DNA from: an uncultured Mycoplasmatota bacterium
GTDB taxonomy: Bacteria; Bacillota_I; Bacilli_A; RF39; UBA660
NCBI GenBank assembly: GCA_947365915.1
Contig: CANAXT010000002.1
Location: 2,031-66,030, forward strand
Length of the DNA stretch: 64,000 nt
Direction: 5' to 3'
The translations under genes and the position numbers were made by a program. Positions 12,009-23,080 of the stretch are shown in pieces (position 1 is the first letter of the stretch; each line of letters starts with the position of its first letter). The notes under the pieces were generated by a model. That model worked only from the letters and a program-made list of their open reading frames with translations, searched no databases and was not told the origin of the DNA.

Positions 12009-14237
12009 ATGAAGAAAAAAGGAAACGTGATTGGAAAGTTCTTAATATTAATCATCATTTCAATCGCAGTAGGATTTACATTCAAACCACTATTAAACAG
12101 TCTAAACTTCGGATTAGACCTACAAGGAGGATTTGAAGTATTATATCAAGTAAAAAGTATTGATGGAAAAAAAGTATCCAAAGATATGGTCACAAGTACC
12201 TATAAAACAATTGGGAAACGAATTGATGTCCTAGGTGTAAGTGAACCAAATATCACCGTCGAAGGAGAAGACAAAATTCGTGTTCAATTAGCAGGAGTTA
12301 CCAACCAAGAACAAGCAAGAGAAACTCTAAGCAAAGCTGCTAGTTTAACATTCAGAGATACAAACGACAACTTACTTATGACAGCCGATGTCTTAAAAAG
12401 TGGAGGAGCTAAAGTTGGAGAAGATAGTGAAGGTAGACCAGCAGTCGCACTCAGTGTCAAAGATAAAGACAAATTCTTTAAAATGACCAAAAAAGTAAGC
12501 GAAATGCAAGACAAAAGACTTGTCATTTGGTTAGACTATGAAGAAACAGACTCATTTGCAAACGAACAAAATAGATGTGGAAGCCTAAGTGCATCAAAAT
12601 GCTTATCCGCTGCAACCGTAAGTCAAGGATTCGCAAGTGACGTTATCATTCAAGGAGACTTCACATTAGAACAAGTAACCAACCTAGTAGAACTAATCAA
12701 CTCAGGAAGTCTACCAACCAAACTAGAAGAAATCTCATCAAAAACAGTAGAAGCATCATTTGGTGAAAACTCACTCGAAAAAACATTTCTAGCAGGAATC
12801 GTAGGAATCGTACTTATCATGCTTTTCATGATCATAATCTACCGCTTTGCAGGAATCATATCTAGTATTGGAATACTATTCTATACACTCATTACATTCT
12901 TAATATTCTGGGTAATCGGAGGGGTTCTCACATTACCAGGAATCGCAGCACTTGTCATTGGAATTGGAATGGCAGTAGACGCATCAGTACTAAACTTTTC
13001 TAGAATCAAAGACGAACTATATGAAGGAAACAACCTACAAACTGCCTTTAAAAACGGAAACAAAAACTCCTTTTGGACCATTTTTGATTCCAACTTAACA
13101 ACACTACTCGTAGCCATTATACTATTCATATTTGGAGAAAGTAGTATCAAAGGATTCGCAACCATGTTAATCATAAGTATCTGTGTTACTATGTTAATTA
13201 TGGTATTCCTAAGTAGAACATTACTAAAAATATTCGTCAAAACAAAATTCTTTGATGACAAACTAAAATTTTTCATCGGAATCAACCCTAAAAAAATCAC
13301 AAAAGACAAAGAAGAAAGAATCAAATCAATGCCATTTTCAAAAATAGACTTTGTAAGGGGAAGAAAATGGTACTTCCTAGTAAGTATCATTATAATCATT
13401 CTAGGAACTGCCTTTATCGGAATCAAAGGACTAAAACTTGGAATAGACTTTAAAGGAGGATCCTCAATTACATTAACAACCAACCAAAAACTAGATGAAA
13501 AAACATTAACAAATGATATAAAAGAACTCAAACTAAAACTGGATCATATTGAAACATTAAACGATGACTCTACCATGATCAAAATCACAGACACATTAGA
13601 CAAAGACAAAGTAGCGCAAACTGAAAAATACTTCAAAGAAAAATACAAAGCAAAAACAGAAATCGGAGTAGTATCAAACGTAGTAAAACAAGAACTCGTT
13701 AAAAATGCAGTAATCTCTGTATTGCTAGCAATGATCGGAATCATTCTCTATATGGCCTTCCGATTCACATTCCATTACGCAATCAGTGGAATCCTTGCCA
13801 TATTGATCGATGTATTCGTAATCATTTCACTATTCAGCATTTTAAGATTGGAAGTATCTAGTATCTTTATTGCAGCAATTCTTTCAATCATCGGTTATGC
13901 AATCAACGATACCATTGTTACATTTGATAGAATCAAAGAAAACATAAAGAAAAAAGGAAAAAAGAATATCAAAAACGAAGAACAACTAAAAGAAATTGTC
14001 AACTTAAGTTTAAGACAAACATTTATGCGTAGTATTATTACAACCATTACAACACTAATTCCAGTCGTATCATTAATCGTACTTGGATCACATGAAATAT
14101 TCAACTTTAATCTCGCACTTCTATTTGGACTCGTATATGGAATATTCTCATCCGTATTTATCGCCAGTGGACTATGGTATCAACTAGAAAAAAAAGAAAT
14201 AGGAAAACCAGAAAAAAAGAAATGGTATGAAGAATAA
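12009..14237 (+). CDS. secDF: protein translocase subunit SecDF (fused)
   Basis: 742 aa with 12 TM segments and a large periplasmic-type loop; SecD and SecF halves are both recognisable. Confidence 0.9.
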   Translation: MKKKGNVIGKFLILIIISIAVGFTFKPLLNSLNFGLDLQGGFEVLYQVKSIDGKKVSKDMVTSTYKTIGKRIDVLGVSEPNITVEGEDKIRVQLAGVTNQEQARETLSKAASLTFRDTNDNLLMTADVLKSGGAKVGEDSEGRPAVALSVKDKDKFFKMTKKVSEMQDKRLVIWLDYEETDSFANEQNRCGSLSASKCLSAATVSQGFASDVIIQGDFTLEQVTNLVELINSGSLPTKLEEISSKTVEASFGENSLEKTFLAGIVGIVLIMLFMIIIYRFAGIISSIGILFYTLITFLIFWVIGGVLTLPGIAALVIGIGMAVDASVLNFSRIKDELYEGNNLQTAFKNGNKNSFWTIFDSNLTTLLVAIILFIFGESSIKGFATMLIISICVTMLIMVFLSRTLLKIFVKTKFFDDKLKFFIGINPKKITKDKEERIKSMPFSKIDFVRGRKWYFLVSIIIIILGTAFIGIKGLKLGIDFKGGSSITLTTNQKLDEKTLTNDIKELKLKLDHIETLNDDSTMIKITDTLDKDKVAQTEKYFKEKYKAKTEIGVVSNVVKQELVKNAVISVLLAMIGIILYMAFRFTFHYAISGILAILIDVFVIISLFSILRLEVSSIFIAAILSIIGYAINDTIVTFDRIKENIKKKGKKNIKNEEQLKEIVNLSLRQTFMRSIITTITTLIPVVSLIVLGSHEIFNFNLALLFGLVYGIFSSVFIASGLWYQLEKKEIGKPEKKKWYEE

Positions 14238-14272
14238 AGAGACTTGTTTCTCTTTTCTCTTCTTAAAGAGGG

Positions 14273-16438
14273 GTGTTACAAATGAGAAAAGACAATCCAA
14301 ACTTAACATTTGAAGAATTAAATCAAACTATAAAAACATATATTAAAAATGAACAAGAATTAAAACTAATTGAAAAAGCCTATCAATATGCAAATAAAAT
14401 GCACTATGGAGTCAAAAGATTAACAGGAGAAGATTATATTACCCATCCTTTAAATGTTGCCCTAATCTTAACTTCCATAAAAGCAGACGCAGCAACATTA
14501 TGTGGAGGACTTTTACATGACGTCTTAGAAGACTGTGATGTCACCAAAGAAGAACTAACAAAAGAATTTGGAAACGAAATCGTAAACCTAGTAGATGGAG
14601 TAACAAAAATCAACAAACTAAACTTCTCTGGAGACAGTGAAGCAACCACATTCAACCATAGAAAAATACTAGTAGGACTGTGTGAAGATGTCAGGGTAAT
14701 CATTATCAAACTTGCAGACCGTCTTCATAACCTAAGAACCATCTGGATCATTCCTGAAAAAAAACAAAAAGCTAAAGCCAAAGAAACACTAGATATCTTA
14801 ACCCCTATAGCAGGTAGACTAGGAATGAATAAAATCAAAAGTGAATTAGAAGACTTATCCCTTCGATATTATAAACCAGAAATCTATTTTTCTATCGTAG
14901 AACAACTCAATCAAACCAAACAAGAACGAGATAGAAACGTATCCGAAATGGTTTCAAAAGTCTCTTCATTATTAGACAACCAAAACATCAAACACGAAAT
15001 CAAAGGTAGAAGCAAAAGCATCTATAGCATCTATAAAAAATTAGACAAAGGAAGACGATTTAGTGAAATCTATGACTTACTCGCTTTACGTGTATTCGTA
15101 AACACCGAAGCAGAATGTTATCAAGCACTAGGAGTCATCCATTCAAAATATAGACCAATCCCAAACCGTTTCAAAGACTACATTGCCATGCCAAAAACCA
15201 ACATGTATCAATCATTACATACAACCGTATTTGGAGTCGATGGACAATTATATGAAATCCAAATCAGAACCTATGAAATGGATCAAATTGCTGAAAACGG
15301 AATCGCTGCCCATTGGTCATACAAAGAAAAAGGCAGTGTCAAAGCCAACATGCAAAATACAATGGAACAAAAACTTCAAATCTTTAAAGCCATTATGGAA
15401 CTAAAAAACGACGAAGAAAACGCTGAAGCCTTCGTAAAAAGCGTTCAAGATGATGTCCTAAAAGATAGTGTTTATGTATTTACCCCAAAAGGAGATGTCA
15501 TAGAGCTTCCAATGGGAAGTACACCAATTGACTTTGCTTATAAAGTACATAGCGACGTAGGAAACAAAATGGTTGGAGCAATCGTTAACGGAACCATCGT
15601 TCCATTAGACTACGAATTACAAGACAACGACATCCTAAAAATCAATACCAACAGTACTGCAACACCAAGTAGAGAATGGATCAAAATCGCCAAAACAACA
15701 GGAGCCAAAAATAAAATCAAATCTTTTTTCAGTCGAATCGAAAAGAAAAACTCCTCTAAAGAAGGAGAAGAAATGATCAATAAAGAACTTAGAAAGAAAA
15801 AACTTTCTATCACCGAATTTTTCTCAAACGAAAACGTAGAAAAACTGTTAAAAGAATTAAAATATAACAACTTAGAAGAATTATTCGTAAATGTTGGAAT
15901 AGGGAAAATCACCCCAAACACTGTTTTAAATATCATATACAGTAAAAACAAAACCAAACAAGAACTCATTTTAGAAAATGTCCAAAACAAAGAAGTTAAA
16001 ACACCAAACGTAAAAAACGACATTCTAGTAGATGGAATCGATGACATCAAAGTAAATGTTGCTTCTTGTTGTAAACCAGTCCCAAATGATCGAATCATTG
16101 GCTATATTACAAAAGGATATGGAATCTCAGTACACCGTATGGTATGTCCAAACGTAAGCGAATTAGAAGAACGTACAATCAGTGTAAAATGGAATACAAA
16201 TATCTCCAAAAAATATCCAACCAGCTTATTAATACATATCGAAAAAGGTCATGACTTATTATTAGAAATCATTTCCAAAACAACCAATTCGAATATCAAC
16301 ATCAAAAGCATCAACAGTATTAACGCTTCTATATATGAATTAACCATTTTAGTAGAAAACAAAGAAACACTAGCGAAATTCATTCATGAATTAGAAATGA
16401 TGAATGACATCATCTCAGTAGAAAGATTACTAAAATGA
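14273..16438 (+). CDS. relA: bifunctional (p)ppGpp synthetase/hydrolase RelA/SpoT (Rel)
   Basis: HD hydrolase motif (HDVLED), RelA/SpoT synthetase domain (YKSIHTT-like YQSLHTTV), TGS and C-terminal ACT-like regions. 721 aa. Confidence 0.9.
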   Translation: MLQMRKDNPNLTFEELNQTIKTYIKNEQELKLIEKAYQYANKMHYGVKRLTGEDYITHPLNVALILTSIKADAATLCGGLLHDVLEDCDVTKEELTKEFGNEIVNLVDGVTKINKLNFSGDSEATTFNHRKILVGLCEDVRVIIIKLADRLHNLRTIWIIPEKKQKAKAKETLDILTPIAGRLGMNKIKSELEDLSLRYYKPEIYFSIVEQLNQTKQERDRNVSEMVSKVSSLLDNQNIKHEIKGRSKSIYSIYKKLDKGRRFSEIYDLLALRVFVNTEAECYQALGVIHSKYRPIPNRFKDYIAMPKTNMYQSLHTTVFGVDGQLYEIQIRTYEMDQIAENGIAAHWSYKEKGSVKANMQNTMEQKLQIFKAIMELKNDEENAEAFVKSVQDDVLKDSVYVFTPKGDVIELPMGSTPIDFAYKVHSDVGNKMVGAIVNGTIVPLDYELQDNDILKINTNSTATPSREWIKIAKTTGAKNKIKSFFSRIEKKNSSKEGEEMINKELRKKKLSITEFFSNENVEKLLKELKYNNLEELFVNVGIGKITPNTVLNIIYSKNKTKQELILENVQNKEVKTPNVKNDILVDGIDDIKVNVASCCKPVPNDRIIGYITKGYGISVHRMVCPNVSELEERTISVKWNTNISKKYPTSLLIHIEKGHDLLLEIISKTTNSNINIKSINSINASIYELTILVENKETLAKFIHELEMMNDIISVERLLK

Positions 16439-16884
16439 AACTAGTCATTAGTAGAAGTAAAAAAGCAAGCGTTACTGTAGAAAAAAAAATAGTAGGAAAA
16501 ATCGATACCGGATTACTCATTCTAGTAGGCTTTACCAATGGTGATACCATAGAAGACATAAACTACTTAATTGATAAAGTAATACATCTAAGAATCTTTG
16601 ATGACGAAAAAGGATTACAAAACAAATCACTACTAGATGTAAACGGAAGCATCTTAAGTGTTTCTCAATTTACCCTTTATGCAGACACAAAAAAAGGAAG
16701 AAGACCAAGCTATGTAGAAGCACTAAAAAAAGAAGAAGCAGAACAACTATACCAACTATGGAATCAAAAACTATCCGAATTTGTAACCGTAGAAACAGGC
16801 ATTTTTGGAGCTCATATGGAAGTAGAACTCTTAAACGATGGACCAATTACCATTATCATGGAAAGTAGGGGAAAAACATGTTAA
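16435..16884 (+). CDS. dtd: D-aminoacyl-tRNA deacylase
   Basis: 149 aa with a SQFTLYAD motif and a C-terminal GP motif. Follows relA as in Bacillus. Confidence 0.85.
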   Translation: MKLVISRSKKASVTVEKKIVGKIDTGLLILVGFTNGDTIEDINYLIDKVIHLRIFDDEKGLQNKSLLDVNGSILSVSQFTLYADTKKGRRPSYVEALKKEEAEQLYQLWNQKLSEFVTVETGIFGAHMEVELLNDGPITIIMESRGKTC

Positions 16885-17942
16885 AAAATAAACCTGATTT
16901 TAAATTAATTAATTTAACACTCATAACATTAATTGTATTTTTAATATATCAAACAGGCAACTTATGGGGAGGAGTCGTAAACACCATTATTAAAATCATC
17001 GCGCCTTTCTTCGTTGCCTTCGTAGTCGCTTATGCACTATATCCAATATTAAAATTTTTACAAAAGAAAAAAATTCCAAAAGGAATTGGTATTTTCTTAA
17101 TACTAGGTGTTCTAATTGGAACAATTGTCATCCTATCTGTTTTAGTAGGACCAATGCTATTTAATCAACTATCCAGTTTATTTAATAGTATCATCGCTTT
17201 CTGTAAAGAAATCACAACCAATTACAATATCGATTTAGGAGACATCCAAACTTCACTTTCAGAAATATTCAATGACATTATTTTAAAACTTGGAAAATAT
17301 GTTTCAGATGGAGCCATAAACGCCATTGGAGTATCCATCAATTACATATCATTTATCTTTATCGCATTTGCAGCCGCAATCTACTTATTAGCAGATATGG
17401 AACAAATAAGAGCACATGTCAAAAAATATGTACAAAGAAAAGGAAATCGACCTTATCTATATATTAGAAGATTAGATAACGAAATGCAGAATTACTTAAA
17501 AGGATTTCTTAAAATCGTAGTAATTAGCTTCTTTGAATACTCTTTTGCCTTTTTTGTCATAGGCCATCCAAACGCAATCTTATTAGGTGTGTTAGCTGCC
17601 TTAGGGAACTTAATCCCATACTTTGGAGGAATCATTACCAACATCATAGCAGCCATTACTGCCTTTGTCATCAATCCAGCACTATTCATTAAAACATGTA
17701 TTGCCTTCTTTGTACTATCCAATGTAGATGGTTATTTGATCAACCCAATGGTATACGGAAAATCAAACGAACTTCATCCAATTGTAACTATATTTGCAGT
17801 ATTCGCAGGAGGAATATTATGGGGAATGACAGGGATCATTTTAGCGCTACCACTTTCCATTATTTTAATTACAACCTACAAATTTTTTGGTCAAGATATT
17901 AGTGAAAAAATAGGAGATATAAAAGGGAAAAAGAATTCATAG
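16878..17942 (+). CDS. AI-2E family transporter (UPF0118/PerM)
   Basis: 354 aa, 8 TM, typical AI-2E topology. Confidence 0.65.
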   Translation: MLKNKPDFKLINLTLITLIVFLIYQTGNLWGGVVNTIIKIIAPFFVAFVVAYALYPILKFLQKKKIPKGIGIFLILGVLIGTIVILSVLVGPMLFNQLSSLFNSIIAFCKEITTNYNIDLGDIQTSLSEIFNDIILKLGKYVSDGAINAIGVSINYISFIFIAFAAAIYLLADMEQIRAHVKKYVQRKGNRPYLYIRRLDNEMQNYLKGFLKIVVISFFEYSFAFFVIGHPNAILLGVLAALGNLIPYFGGIITNIIAAITAFVINPALFIKTCIAFFVLSNVDGYLINPMVYGKSNELHPIVTIFAVFAGGILWGMTGIILALPLSIILITTYKFFGQDISEKIGDIKGKKNS

Positions 17943-17951
17943 GAGGACAAC

Positions 17952-18887
17952 ATGGAACAAAACGAATTACCCCAAATTATTTTTGAAAACTTTAAAATAA
18001 CAATAGCGCTCGGAAAATGGTTAGGAATCATACCCACATTAGACCATTTTCACATATCAAAAAAAATATTACAAATAAAAAATATCCAAAAAATATTTGG
18101 TCAAATACTAAAACAAGCTGGAATCGATTCCAATGAAACTTGTATACTAACCAACTTTCGAAAAAACGATTTTTCTGTGACTTGTGAACTAAAAAATAAA
18201 AACCAAAAAATCAATATAAAATTAGGACTTTATTACTTTCGTGGAATTCCATACTCCACACTTTCTATCAAAAGTCCTACAGAAACAAAAAACTTCAACT
18301 ACCTAGAAGCAACAACAGAAAAACCAATGGAACTATCTTTATATGCAAGACAAATAAAAAATCCAGAAACTGGAAACATATGTGATCAACGCCTTTATTC
18401 TTCACACATCGAATTTCAAATAAAAAGTAAAGATAATCGATTTAGTTTCATTGTAAATAGAGTAGGAAACTGTGATCCAGAAATATTTAGATTAGAAAAT
18501 GAAGACGAATTAATAAAATACTTTCTAAACTTAACATTTCCAGCAAACATCAGTGAAATATATCAAAAAATCAAAGAAATATCAGGACTTTCTACAGATC
18601 AATACCCATCATTCAACTTATCCATCGAAAAAGCCAATCAAAGAATTAGTTCAATATCCATAAATACAATGATAGATCGATTTACCATGCAAAAAGGAAA
18701 TCAAACCATTACCGTATTTCATGACAATTGGTCCTATCATTCAAATAATATTTCTGTAAGTAAAAAAGACAAAAACATTCATTGTGAAATAGATGCTACC
18801 ATAGATCAACCATTATCTTCAGATCCCCACCAACATGAAATCGCTCAAGTAGTAGAACAAGCCAAACAATTTGTAAAAACATTATAG
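17952..18887 (+). CDS. hypothetical protein
   Basis: 311 aa ORF with an RBS (AGGAGGA). No recognisable motifs. Confidence 0.3.
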   Translation: MEQNELPQIIFENFKITIALGKWLGIIPTLDHFHISKKILQIKNIQKIFGQILKQAGIDSNETCILTNFRKNDFSVTCELKNKNQKINIKLGLYYFRGIPYSTLSIKSPTETKNFNYLEATTEKPMELSLYARQIKNPETGNICDQRLYSSHIEFQIKSKDNRFSFIVNRVGNCDPEIFRLENEDELIKYFLNLTFPANISEIYQKIKEISGLSTDQYPSFNLSIEKANQRISSISINTMIDRFTMQKGNQTITVFHDNWSYHSNNISVSKKDKNIHCEIDATIDQPLSSDPHQHEIAQVVEQAKQFVKTL

Positions 18888-18961
18888 AATTTTATAGTGT
18901 TTTTTTCGCACATAAGTAGATTTTTTCTTACAAATTTGATATCATAAAAGTGGTGATACAT

Positions 18962-19897
18962 ATGAAAAATCCATTTGAACAAATCTTAGAAACATGTGAA
19001 TACGTAAGCAATAATGCCAAACATATTACCATTGACGATCAAAAAATAGATCAATTTATCGAAAAAATCAAAAACAAAAAAATAGAACATTGGCTTTCAT
19101 CGAACCCATATGGAATGCTTGACCTAAAAATAGAAGAAATTGTACATTTCTTAATCATCTTTGGATCCATCGACTATTCATTTTGGGGAGAACCAAAATG
19201 GACCATAGAAACAAAGGAAGGACCAATAGATGGAGCATTTGCCCAAATTTATGCGCTCATAAACCTAAGAAACCAAAAAGGTCACTTAGACTTTGAAAAA
19301 ATCACTTATGAAGAATTTCAAAAAGCCTATCAAGGAAATACAGAAATCCCACTCTTAAAAGAAAGATACCAAACTGTAAAAGAAATCAGTCAAATTATCA
19401 ACAAAAAAATGAATAGGAACTTTTATGAACACATAAAAGATGCAACAACAGACATAGAACTATTTCAAATCATTACAACTTACTTTCCAAGTTTTGAAGA
19501 CAAAAGAACCTATAACAACAAAACCATTTATTTTTATAAACTTGCCCAATTAGTAACATCAGACATATTACAAATTAGAGAACAAAAAGAACACATCAAA
19601 ACAGACTATTCTAACATCGTAGGATGTGCAGACTATAAAATACCTCAGGTTCTAAGAGAACTAGGAATTCTCATATACGATGAAGAACTAGCACACTTAG
19701 TAGATCAAAAACAAGAACTAAAAGAAAACTCCATATGTGAAACAGAAATTAGAGCCTGCATGATTACAGCAATCAACAGAATCAAACAAAAAACAAATAG
19801 AGCAGCCATCGAAATCAACGATCTTGTATGGTCATTTGGACAACATAAAACCAAAGACTGGAAACCATATCACAGAACAAGAACAACCTCTTATTAA
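18962..19897 (+). CDS. queuosine salvage protein Qng1 (DUF2419)
   Basis: Motifs aligned to the DUF2419/Qng1 family: SIDYSFWGEP, FPSF...IYFYKLAQLV, GCADYKIPQVLRELGIL and C-terminal W..Y residues. Confidence 0.7.
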   Translation: MKNPFEQILETCEYVSNNAKHITIDDQKIDQFIEKIKNKKIEHWLSSNPYGMLDLKIEEIVHFLIIFGSIDYSFWGEPKWTIETKEGPIDGAFAQIYALINLRNQKGHLDFEKITYEEFQKAYQGNTEIPLLKERYQTVKEISQIINKKMNRNFYEHIKDATTDIELFQIITTYFPSFEDKRTYNNKTIYFYKLAQLVTSDILQIREQKEHIKTDYSNIVGCADYKIPQVLRELGILIYDEELAHLVDQKQELKENSICETEIRACMITAINRIKQKTNRAAIEINDLVWSFGQHKTKDWKPYHRTRTTSY

Positions 19898-19959
19898 TAT
19901 AGGATTGAAAAAAAAAAAAGAATCGTTTATAATAGTAATTGGGAATAGGAGAGTCAGAC

Positions 19960-20316
19960 ATGAAAAAAAGAAATGGATTCACATTAGCAGAACTATTAGG
20001 AGTCATTACCATACTAGGCTTACTAGCACTTTTAATCATTCCAGCCATAGACAAAACCGTAAAAAACAGTAATGAGACCCTATATCAAGCCCAATTATCA
20101 ACCATCGTAGAAAGCGCAAAATCTTGGTCTGCTGATCACATTACAGAACTACCAGTTAATGGAGGAAGTATCAACATTACATTAGATACCTTAAAAACAG
20201 GAGGATATATTACAATCGATATCGAAAATCCAAAAACAAAACAACCATTCGATGGAAATCTAAACATTAAAATTACAGAAAAAAATAGTCAATATCAATA
20301 TAAAGTAATGGACTAA
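19960..20316 (+). CDS. ComGC/GspG-like prepilin-type pseudopilin (paralogue of 10827-11180)
   Basis: MKKRNG|FTLAELLGVITILGLLALLIIP. About 50 percent identical to the 10827-11180 product. A TTGAAA-N17-ATAATA promoter lies upstream. Confidence 0.75.
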   Translation: MKKRNGFTLAELLGVITILGLLALLIIPAIDKTVKNSNETLYQAQLSTIVESAKSWSADHITELPVNGGSINITLDTLKTGGYITIDIENPKTKQPFDGNLNIKITEKNSQYQYKVMD

Positions 20317-20335
20317 ACTTAGGGGGAAACAAATT

Positions 20336-20920
20336 ATGACTACACAAGATCAAGTAAAAAGATGCGAACAAATCGTACAATATTCTCTTTTCAATACAGA
20401 TCAATTCGGAAACACTTTAGCGCGCATCATCTCAAGCTATGAAGGTATTCCATATTGTTATCAAACCGCATGGCATGATACAACCATGCAAAACATATCC
20501 ATCACTAATATGGCGGTGCTTATAATACCAGAAGAAATCACAAAAAAACATTATTTAAAAGATGATTTCAAGAACCGAAATGACATACTCATATTACAAA
20601 AAGACAAACAACCAACCATTAGATTTTATAAGAGTTTTGGAAGTACCGTATATTCAACTATTGAATTAAAACAATTCACATACATAGAACCATTGATAGA
20701 ACAAATCATTGCTTACAGAATCAAACATCATACCAATAAAATTCCAGAAGAAATACTAGAAGAATTTATTGGGCAATTTCTATCAGAACGAATTGATCAA
20801 ATCAAAGAAAACTATGCCAAAAGAGAACAACAAGAAATAGAAGAGGTTACAAGAAAACTAGAACAAAAAAAACGTGCAAGACAATACCAACTACAAAACA
20901 TATTACACCCAAAAAAATAA
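20336..20920 (+). CDS. hypothetical protein immediately downstream of the pilin gene
   Basis: 194 aa. RBS GGGGGA. Charged C-terminal helix. Confidence 0.3.
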   Translation: MTTQDQVKRCEQIVQYSLFNTDQFGNTLARIISSYEGIPYCYQTAWHDTTMQNISITNMAVLIIPEEITKKHYLKDDFKNRNDILILQKDKQPTIRFYKSFGSTVYSTIELKQFTYIEPLIEQIIAYRIKHHTNKIPEEILEEFIGQFLSERIDQIKENYAKREQQEIEEVTRKLEQKKRARQYQLQNILHPKK

Positions 20921-20931
20921 AAGCCTACCTT

Positions 20932-21879
20932 TTATTTTTCTTTTACCAAAGAGCGAATTTTTTCCGTATTTTTAAAATTTAATTTCGCACATTCACGTAA
21001 TCGATCAAAACCATACTTATCAACAATCTTCATCCCCATAAGATCAACCTCATGAGAAGCACCTTTTGGTAAAAACACCCCCAATGACTCCCCAAGCTTA
21101 TCAAATTCTCTAATAAAAATATAACGACTAATTAAAGAAGCACAAGCGACTGCCAAATTTTTATCTTCACCCTTTGTCAAAAAAGTAATATCACGAACAA
21201 CACTTGGTAATCCCTTCAAATAATGATAATAAACACCAGGAACCGCAAATTGATCCACCACAATATAATCATAAGAAGGACACTTTTGCTTCATAATACC
21301 AAGCGCTTTATTATGCATAATTGCCTTAATCTTATTCATATTAATATCATCATTATAACGATCATTATACTCACGATTTGAAAGAACAATACTATGATAT
21401 GGGATCCTTTTAATTAACTCAGGAACAATATCCATAATCATCGTATCTGTCAATTTCTTAGAATCCTTCACACCCAAGCTCTCCAAAAAAGGAATCTCTT
21501 CTTTCGGAACATAAGCAGCCGTTACAACAATAGGTCCAAAATAATCTCCCGTTCCAACCTCATCAGAACCAATTGAAGTAGAATGATAAATCTTAGGATC
21601 CACAATCACTTCTTTCTTTTCCTTTTTCTGCTCACTATTACTCATTTCAACCTTTTTAGTCGGATTCAAACTTTGCTCCATCTCTTTCCACATAGCAGCA
21701 TCAATATCCGCACTAACTCCTTGAAAAACCACTTTACCAGACTCATATAACGTAACAACCGTATCCGCTTCTTCCGCCTGAAAAACCGCATAGGGAGGAG
21801 TTTTAGCCCGACGTTTATCTTCGAAATATTCAATCATTTTCTCCCTTGTATTGTCGCTCACCTTTAATGTAATTGTCAT
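20932..21879 (-). CDS. rnhC: ribonuclease HIII
   Basis: 315 aa. N-terminal duplex-binding domain and a C-terminal RNase H fold with a DEDD-like motif (GSDEVGTGDYFGP). Confidence 0.8.
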   Translation of the reverse strand: MTITLKVSDNTREKMIEYFEDKRRAKTPPYAVFQAEEADTVVTLYESGKVVFQGVSADIDAAMWKEMEQSLNPTKKVEMSNSEQKKEKKEVIVDPKIYHSTSIGSDEVGTGDYFGPIVVTAAYVPKEEIPFLESLGVKDSKKLTDTMIMDIVPELIKRIPYHSIVLSNREYNDRYNDDINMNKIKAIMHNKALGIMKQKCPSYDYIVVDQFAVPGVYYHYLKGLPSVVRDITFLTKGEDKNLAVACASLISRYIFIREFDKLGESLGVFLPKGASHEVDLMGMKIVDKYGFDRLRECAKLNFKNTEKIRSLVKEK

Positions 21880-21969
21880 AATCTAGCCTCCATACCTACA
21901 TTTTACCACATAACCAAAAAAAATTCTTTCTTTTTAGACAAAATTATAATATAATTTTAATAGAAAGGA

Positions 21970-22698
21970 ATGATCAAATTGAACTGGATTGATATAATCA
22001 TCATTATATTTATTTTATCAGGAGCAGCCTTAGGCTTTAAAAGAGGAGCACTAAAACAACTTGTTTCATGTGTTGGTTTAATACTAGTTGTGATACTTTC
22101 ATTTTTACTAAAAAATCCAGTATCCATATTCTTATATGAACACCTACCATTTTTTAAATTTGGAGGCATCTTAAAAGGAGTAACCGTATTAAACATCGCA
22201 TTATACGAAATTATTGCATTCTTAATTGTCTTTTCAATACTGATGATTGCATTCAAACTCATTTTACTAGCAACAACATTTTTTGAAGCCATATTAAAAG
22301 CAACCATTGTCCTCGGAATACCATCAAAAATATTAGGAGCAATCATTGGTGTAATCGAATACTTTATCATCACATTTATCATACTTTATGTTCTTATGTT
22401 ACCAGTATTCCATATACCAGCCATCAATGACTCTAAACTAGGAAAAAACATATTAAAATCAACACCAATCCTATCAAGCATGGTAGAAGATAGTTTAAAA
22501 GTATTTGATGAATTCACAGATCTAAAGAAAAAATACGAATCCAATACAAGTGCTAACCAATTTAACTTAGAAACACTAGACTTATTTCTAAAATATAATA
22601 TCATCACAATTGACTCAGTCGACAAATTAGTCCAAAAAAACAAATTAGTTATTGATAATATAGATAGTGTACGAAACAAATATAGAAAAGAGGGATAA
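21970..22698 (+). CDS. CvpA-family membrane protein
   Basis: 4 TM N-terminal domain with a soluble C-terminal tail. Its position relative to rnhC matches Bacillus. Confidence 0.55.
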   Translation: MIKLNWIDIIIIIFILSGAALGFKRGALKQLVSCVGLILVVILSFLLKNPVSIFLYEHLPFFKFGGILKGVTVLNIALYEIIAFLIVFSILMIAFKLILLATTFFEAILKATIVLGIPSKILGAIIGVIEYFIITFIILYVLMLPVFHIPAINDSKLGKNILKSTPILSSMVEDSLKVFDEFTDLKKKYESNTSANQFNLETLDLFLKYNIITIDSVDKLVQKNKLVIDNIDSVRNKYRKEG

Positions 22699-22699
22699 C

Positions 22700-23011
22700 A
22701 TGGAAATCATTCATGGAAACGAACAAGACTTTAAAACACTAATTAATAATGAACTCGTATTAGTAGACTTTTATGCCACTTGGTGTGGACCTTGTAAAAT
22801 GTTAGCACCCATATTAGAAGACATCGCATCTTCTCGTGATGACATGAAAATTGTAAAAATTGATGTCGATCAAAATCCAAACTTATCAAAAGAATTCGCC
22901 ATTATGAGCGTACCAACATTAGTACTATTCAAAAATGGGGAAATAATAGCAACAGAACATGGATTCATGCCTGCTAGTGCATTAGAAAATTGGATCAACG
23001 AAAATAGGTAA
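22700..23011 (+). CDS. trxA: thioredoxin
   Basis: WCGPC active site, 104 aa. Confidence 0.85.
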   Translation: MEIIHGNEQDFKTLINNELVLVDFYATWCGPCKMLAPILEDIASSRDDMKIVKIDVDQNPNLSKEFAIMSVPTLVLFKNGEIIATEHGFMPASALENWINENR

Positions 23012-23080
23012 AACCTATTTTTTTCTTGACCAAATATAGATATTTCAGTATAATGAGAAATAGATGTAGCAGGTGATAAA

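Noticed and set aside
12284-14104. Minus-strand ORFs inside secDF and similar antisense ORFs inside relA (14434-14709, 15610-16098)
   Set aside because: Antisense to highly conserved genes, with no start context. Spurious.
19815-20072. Two overlapping 79-82 aa ORFs around the pilin promoter region
   Set aside because: They overlap a real CDS end and the start of the pilin gene, have poly-K/low-complexity content, and lack an RBS.
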